Translations under genes and position numbers: made by a program | DNA from: Eledone cirrhosa | Lineage: Eukaryota | NCBI GenBank assembly: GCA_964016885.1 | Contig: OZ024740.1 | Coordinates: forward strand, 356,934,001 to 356,998,000 | Reading direction: 5' to 3' | DNA: 64,000 nt | Shown here: positions 56,855 through 64,000 of the stretch, piece after piece | Position numbering within the stretch: position 1 is the stretch's first letter | How the letters are laid out: the number at the start of each line of letters is the position of its first letter | Notes under the pieces: model-generated | Seen by the model: the letters and a program-made list of their open reading frames with translations, nothing else | What the model was told of the DNA's origin: nothing | Database searches by the model: none

Positions 56855-57461
56855 ATAATCTTCCTGAAGTCTCTATGCGAATTCCAGAGTATTTGTGTTC
56901 GGATAAATTATGCTAAATCGAAACCATTCAATGTGGGAGTCGGACTCCGCCAATGGTGTGTATTGCCACCTCTCCTGTTCATTATTTTCATGAACAGGAT
57001 TGACAAGCGCAACTGAGTTAGAAGTGGTATTAAGACTGGCAAGTATAGAATCAGTCGGCGGGAAATTTGAAGTAAGGTTACTCGGTAGAGTGCGTCACTC
57101 CAGGTAGAGCCGCCACCTCTCCGATTTCAGATATCTATGAGCATGTGGTTAGAATGTCTCAGGAAAGAATCGCTGGACCGATTTTACGGGCAAAACCAAC
57201 TCTCAGGAGACCCAGGGGTAGAGCCCTAGCAAGATAGTTCGATATCATCCATGAGCTTGGCTAGTCTCGCTTGGGGATCCAGCTGGATCAGTTGGAGACG
57301 GTTGTTTTTGACAGTACCCACTGGAAGATATGCTTGAGGACTCTACTCCCATGACTTTCCCAGGATTAAGTGGGCAGAGAAGAAGAAGAAGAAGAAGAAG
57401 AAGAAGAAGAAGAAGAAGAAGAAGAAGAAGAAGAAGAAGAAGAAGAAGAAGAAGAAGAAGA
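56855..57461 (+). mobile_element. RTE-like LINE fragment with (GAA)n tail
   Basis: SKPFNVGVGLRQWCVLPPLLFIIFMNRI; HVVRMSQER..RRPRGR; ends in (GAA)n at 57378-57461. Confidence 0.75.
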
Positions 57462-58319
57462 ATATAACTGTATTGGTATTTACGGTTCAAGCCACTTTTC
57501 AATTATTTATATGTATGTATGTATGTATGACAACACACGCTGTCTTTTCGTGGGGTAAGTTTTTAATTAATTTTTGTATTCTGTAACATCAAAATACAAC
57601 AATTTGTTGGTCACTGGACTCGGGAATGTCACGACAGAAGTTTGTGGAAGTTACACAAATATTTTAGTATATTTTAGCAGAGCAATCCTTATTTATATTT
57701 TACATTTTACATTTATTTACATCTCAATATAACATGGCTAAAATTCAAATTTTGCAAAGAGAAGAAAACGGTCAAATGAACTAGATACATCTCACTGTCC
57801 CCACCACCACAATAACTTCTACACTGTCTCCCCACCATCACATGTCATTACCATACCATACCCTATCTAGACTAAAGTCATCGACCTGTTGTCAAACTCT
57901 CTACTCTCTGTTGAATGTGTATATATATATGTGTGTGTATGTATATGTGTGTATATACATCACTCAGTCAAACGACCAGATTTCAACCCTAACACCTACA
58001 ACAACAACACCGGCACTAATGTTTACAGCAACAACAGCTTCAGAATGAACTGAAATGAACATTTACAACAACAACAGCGGCATCAAAACAAAAAAAGGAA
58101 GGGAAAAGAAAATAAAAGGGGAAGGGAAAAAAAAAAAAAAAAAAACTCAAAATAACAAAACACACACACATACACACACACAACACAACAACAACATCAA
58201 CTGCCACCACCACCACCACCGCCACCGCCGCCGCCATCACCATCACCAGCGACCGGGCCTTAAGAAAACGACTTTAATAATAATTTTTCTGCTTTTGGCA
58301 CGGATCCAGCGACTGCCCA

Positions 58320-58620
58320 GCGCATCACTGGTACTCTCTTTTGTTGACTCCGTGGGGTTGAAGGGCAAGGTTGATCTCGGCGGGATTTGAGCTCAGAGCG
58401 TGGAGAGCCATAACTCTATGCTGTAAAGCAATTATAGTAATACTTGTTTCTACTTTTGACACAAGGCCAGCAATTACCCAGTACATTACTGGTACTTTAT
58501 TTTATCGACCCCGTAAGGATGAAAGGCAAAGTTAACCTCGGCGAGATTTGAACTCAGATCATAAAGGGACGTAACTCTATGCTTCAAAGCAAGGCGTCCG
58601 ACTCTCTACCGATACTGCCG
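58320..58620 (-). mobile_element. Two adjacent SINE copies
   Basis: Reverse complement of the GAGTTCAAATC..CCGAG..AAC.TTGCC.TTCA.CC motif at ~58350-58400 and ~58440-58620. Confidence 0.8.
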
Positions 58621-58708
58621 GACTGTAATACGATCGGCTTCAACTATACAAACTCTTGAAAGTCAACAGTTGATATAATCTTGTAATCTTGTATCAGTAA
58701 TGACGGTA

Positions 58709-58745
<37 letters not shown>

Positions 58746-58904
58746 CGTGTAAGTGAGTAGAGTAGCGTGTGTGTGTGTTTGTTTGTATGTATGAGTGTTG
58801 CTGTGTGCGCGCATATGTATGCGTGTGTGTGTATGTCGTACGTATAAGTGTCAATAAGTGATTTCTTTTTTTTTTTTTTTGCGCGGGGACATAGAAATAA
58901 TCGG

Positions 58905-59160
58905 GCTGGATGCCCGATCGCGCAGTTAAACCACTGGGAGTGAAGAACCCCTAGCCCTTGTCAGGGCATTCTTCTAGGAGAAGGCATCTCAGGAAACTGG
59001 GTTAACTCCGATATAAAACCTGCGGCTCAGTAGTTACCGATGATGTTGATATTTTCTTCTTTTCGGGTTATAGCTACTGTCGCTCAGAGAGTGGGATTGG
59101 CTCAGTGCACAGTCTTTCCTCACTTTAAAAATATTCGTCACGCACAGGCATTGCACGAGT
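58905..59160 (+). mobile_element. RTE-5'UTR-like repeat
   Basis: TTCTAGGAGAAGGCA.CTC..AAAACCTGCGGC; matches 31331-31447. Confidence 0.55.
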
Positions 59161-59299
59161 GCATTAATAATTATTAATAGTGTACTATTATTATTATTAT
59201 TACTATTACTTTTTTTTTTTTTTTTTTTTTTTGTTCAATTCAATGATGTTCCAGAACAATGTAAAAGAGATAATTGGCAATTTAGGTTCTGGAACAAAA

Positions 59300-62200
59300 A
59301 AGATCATGTGCAATAAGGGCAGGGGCCCCAAGTTATCACAGCCTGGGCCCGCTCGTCATCGTGCCATTGTAATAGAGCCAAACAGGGCATTTAGTCTTGG
59401 CTGCTGGAACGTACGGACGCTGCTTGACAGGGATTCTTTGGAGCGTCCTGAACGAAGGACCGCTCTTGTTGCAAAGGAGCTTCGACGTTACGATCTTGAC
59501 ATCGTGGCTTTATCCGAGACAAGGTTAGCTGGAGATGGTCATCTTACGGAATTTTGTGGAGAATATACATTCTTCTGGAAAGGAAGAGATGAAGGAGGCT
59601 GGGGTAGGATTTGCTGTTAAGACTGTACTTGTGAATAAATTAGAAGAATTCCCAGTAGGGATTAGTGAGCGTCTTATGTCCATGAGAGTTCCGCTGGACA
59701 AGGGAAGATATGCTACCCTGGTGAGTGTGTATGCTCCAACTATGAATTCTGTCGATGAAGAAAAACTGTCCTTTTACCATGCCTTGAAAGGTGTTCTAAG
59801 AAATATCCCTCAGGCAGAGAAAGTCATCGTGCTTGGTGACTTTAATGCTAGAGTGGGTAGGGATTTTAACACATGGAATGTAATCGGAAGGCATGGGGTG
59901 GGAAAGTGTAACAGCAATGGTATGCTCCTGCTGCAGATGTGTGAGGAGCGGGATCTGTGTGTTACCAACACCATGTTCCAACAAAAGAACAAATTCAAGA
60001 CCACATGGATGCATCCTGCATCTAAGGAATGGCATCTTTTGGACTACGTCCTAGTCAGGATGCGTGACAGACAGGATGTGCAGTGTGTTCGTGTTCTTCG
60101 TGGAGCTGAGTGCTGGACGGATCACCGCCTGGTACGCGCAAAAGTGAAACTAATCACCAAACGTAAAATCCGGGCTCCTGGTGTTACCCTGCCCAAAAGA
60201 TTGAATGCTGCTCGTCTTAAGGATAAAAATGTGAAGAGGACATTGGAAGAAGAGATGCAGGCTGCAGATCTTGGTGAGGATTGGCCGACCCTTAAAAAGT
60301 CGGTTTATGATGTAGGCAGGCGTGTTCTGGGATTGGTGCAGAGAAAACATCAGGACTGGTTTAATGAGAATGATGAACATATAGAAGACTTGTTGGCTGA
60401 TAAGAGGCGTGCTCTGTCACGCTACTTGACGGCAAAACCACAGGAGAGGAATACGTTGCATGAGGAGCTCAGGGATGTAAAATCACGTGTTAGGCGGAGT
60501 CTTTCTCAGATGAAGGATCAGTGGTGGAGTGAGAAGGCTGGTGAGATACAAACTACGTCTGATTCCAATAACACAAAGCTGTTGTACAGTCTCTTGCGTG
60601 AGGTTTATGGACCGTCTTCTTCTCTGGTGACACCGCTTCGCAGCAAGGATGGCAAAGAACTTCTTCGTGACTCACAAGGAATTCTACGAAGGTGGCGAGA
60701 GCACTTTGATGATCTTTTGAATCAGCCGTCTGTCGTCAGTGAAGATTTCCTCAATCTCATTCCAGAAAGTCCTGTGAAAGTAGCTCTCGCAGAACCTCCG
60801 ACGCTTGTGGAGGTTGCAGTGGCTATTTCGAAGCTGAACAGTGGAAGATCTCCAGGTATGGATGGCATACATGCTGAGCTCCTACAATATGGTGGTGAGA
60901 GACTCCTGCAACATCTTCACTATTTGTTTGGAAGGATATGGGCTAATGAATCCGTGCCTGAGGACTGGAGAGATGCAGTAATGGTGGTCTTGTACAAGGG
61001 AAAGGGTAACAGGAATGATTGTGGGAACTACAGAGGTATATCATTGCTTTCTGTCGTAGGGAAAGTTTTATGTAGGGTGCTTCTGGACCGTCTGCTGACA
61101 CACATTGCAGATTGTGTTCTTCCTGAAAGTCAATCTGGTTTTCGTGCTGGACGCGGCACTACTGATATGATCTTCTCAGCTAGACAGCTCCAGGAGAAGT
61201 GCATTGAACAAGGCTTGGATCTGTATCAGGTTTTTGTCGATCTGACAAAAGCTTTCGATACTGTCAACAGAGATGGATTATGGAAGGTTCTCCAGAAACT
61301 TGGTTGCCCTGATAAGTTCCTTGCTTTAGTTAGGTCTTTCCATGACGACATGAAGGCTTGGGTTAATGTCGGAGGTAACATGTCGGAGCCTATCTCAGTA
61401 AAAAATGGAGTGAAACAGGGGGATATTCCAGCACCGACCCTGTTTGCCATATACTTTGCAATGGTTTTCTGTATTGCATTCAGGAATTGCGAGCATGGTG
61501 TTTACATCCGATATCGAACCTTAGGCAGCATATTTAACATCAGGCGCTTTGCTGCGAAGACAAAAGTATTTACATCAATCATAAGAGACCTCTTGTATGC
61601 AGATGATTGCGATCTTGTAGCGCACACAGAGAGTGATATGCAGCACATTTTGAATGTATTTTCTGACGCTTGCACTGCCCTGGGTTTGACTGTCAGTCTC
61701 AAGAAAACCGTCGTCATGTACCAACCTGCCCCTAGTAAGCAGTACACTGAACCAAACATCTATGTGTATGGCAAACGACTTGGAGTGGTTGATCAGTTTG
61801 TCTACCTGACCTGGGAAGCACTGTCAATCGATACTGCAACCTTGACAGTGAAATCTCACTTAGGATTAGGAAAACAAGTGATGCTTTCGGAAAGCTAGAA
61901 AGGCGACTCTGGGGTCGGCGAGACATATGCAGGAGGACAAAGGTAAAGGTGTACAGGGCATGTGTACTCTCTTGTCTTCTTTATGCCTGCGAGACCTGGG
62001 TCACATATCGACGCCACCTTAAGCAATTGGAGCGTTTCCATCAGATTTGTCTCAGACGGATCCATGGCGTTCACTGGAGGGACCACATCAGTGATGTCGA
62101 GATTTTGGAAAGCTCTATGTGTGACAGTATAGAAGCTCTTGTGCTTAAGCAACGACTCCGTTGGAGTGGTCACCTGGAGATGCTACTCATCATGCTTGCC

Positions 62201-62373
62201 AAACATGTGGTAGAGAATGTAAATCAGCAGGAGGGCTCAAGCGACATGCAAAAGTACACGAACTCCAACCACAGCCGACTATTCCCAGTGAATGTTTTGG
62301 TTGCCGACTCTGTGCAAGACATTTTAGATCATTGGCTGGGCTAAAAAGCCACATTAGATCGCAGCACTGTTAG
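59300..62373 (+). pseudogene. Near full-length RTE (BovB-like) LINE ORF: APE + RT + C-terminal C2H2 fingers; frameshifts at ~59590 and ~61810, internal deletion at ~62175
   Basis: WNVRTL, ALSETR, VYAPT, GDFNARVG, TDHRLV, NYRGISLLS, QSGFR, FVDLTKAFD, GVKQG, LYADD, LLYACETW; CQTC..H..H and CRLC..H...H. Confidence 0.93.
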
Positions 62374-62488
62374 TTGCTATCGTGTGTGTGTGTGTGTGTG
62401 TGTAGATATGCTTATGTGCGTGCGTGTGTGTGTATATATATATGAATATGTATATTATTATTGTTGTTGTCGTTATTATTATTATTGC

Positions 62489-62519
<31 letters not shown>

Positions 62520-62663
62520 GTTATTAATGTACGTGTGTGTATATGTGTGTGTGTATGTGTATTATGTGTGTATGTATATATGTATGTATGTATATATATA
62601 TATGTGAAATTAATAAACATTCGTTGTACTGCCTCTCTGTTTTGTCCCTGTTCAAATTTTTCC

Positions 62664-62704
<41 letters not shown>

Positions 62705-62759
62705 CTTTTTTTTTTATTTATTTATTTATTTATTATTATTTTTTTTTTTTTTCTTCTCG

Positions 62760-63340
62760 TGCAATGGCCATACTCGATAACGAGGGGGCAGCCATCATAT
62801 ATGTATGTAAGTATTATGCACGTACGTATGTATGGTTTACTGCAAATGAGCCAGTACTGGAAAGCCTTCCAAGGGAAAAGTAACATGTCTAGACAAGCTC
62901 TTCTGATGCTCGAAGGAAGGTGCAGGAAAATCTCAGCTGGAAAAGACTTTCAAAGAATGAAAGGCACGAGTGGAGCACGAACTCCGGGGGCAGTTGCAGG
63001 TGGAGACGATGGGGTGTCTAGGGGTATCGGGCATGTGGATTTGGGAGAGGAAATAGATGGTGGGTGTGCATGATGTGCAGACGATGGTGGGGGGTAGGAT
63101 GGATGAGGTGACGAGTTGTATGGTGGAAGATACTTGTTGGAATTGAGGGATGGGATCGGAAGAGAGGAGACGGTAGAAGAGGGGTTACCAAGCTATCGTA
63201 GATCCACCACCATGTAGAGTTCAGTATGCCACCCCACCACGGCGCCGCCCTAGTCCGCCGATTTGATGACAATGGTGTCGCGGCTTCTGGGGAAGTGGAG
63301 AGCGGTGAGTTCAGCTCGAGAGTGGAAAGCATTTCATTGT
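62760..63340 (-). mobile_element. Probable degraded LINE 3' fragment
   Basis: GC-richer island after microsatellites; weak resemblance (L*KSFPAEIF) to the LWNSLP motif of L2/CR1 tails. Confidence 0.3.
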
Positions 63341-64000
63341 ATACACAGTCGGTACATCGGAAAAATTACCTAGTGGTATTTAGTTTCAATTGACTCATCT
63401 CCCTTTAAGCCAAGTATTCGATTCGTCTTTCGTTCCTTGCGATAGTGATAAAATAAGTACCTGACAAATCACCGAGTTATCATTTCACATCGTTTACCCC
63501 GCTAATGATCTTGATACAGACATGAATATCACTATTGGATATTTTCTTTTCATTACCTTTTAGATCTGAACTGAAAAATGAACTAAATTGTATGACATGA
63601 CAAAGCTCGAAGATCTGTCATCAAAGAATAGTCCATAGCAAACTGTCTTCAATGGCTTATTCGTTAATTAGCACGGATGAGTATATTGCTAGTTATAAAG
63701 TTTTGAAAGATGCTATGGTTTACTTATAGCATCTAACACTCAGGCAAGTTGTATTAGAGAAGGGTTATATAATCCGATTTAATGATCAAAATGTAGAGTA
63801 AGGAGTAGGTTTCTCCTGACCTGGACTCGTAATAACATTTCCGTAACGTTACTGTTTAAAGTTAACTCCTTACTCTTATACAGAAAATGTGGGAGGAACG
63901 TGGGAACGTTACACATTCCCATAAAAGAATATGTCACGTTTACTTTGTAAATCAACAAAATGTAATCTTCTTTAAGTAAGTTAAAAAAATATCTTCTATC

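Overview
AT-rich, microsatellite-dense eukaryotic DNA with no host gene I can support. The SINE families and repeat landscape suggest a mollusc, probably an octopus (inference). Almost all interpretable content is transposon-derived: Penelope-like elements (PLEs: two Naiad-like copies and Hydra-clade remnants), RTE, R4/Dong, CRE and CR1/L2 LINEs, a decayed hAT transposon and many tRNA-derived SINEs. The main signal the ORF track misses is a hammerhead-ribozyme (HHR) system. It has four parts: (1) a ~3.9 kb inverted array of a near-identical, highly self-complementary 310-bp retrozyme-like unit with 12 type I HHRs; (2) five further solo HHRs in unrelated repeats; (3) three fold-back hairpins that look like HHRs snapped back at helix II; (4) a recurring 'both 3' ends outward, anchored in (TA)n' insertion architecture. 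The longest PLE also has a U-UUU-UUA site that would join an upstream ORF to the RT-endonuclease ORF by -1 frameshifting or splicing. All calls are by eye, and boundaries of degraded repeats are approximate.
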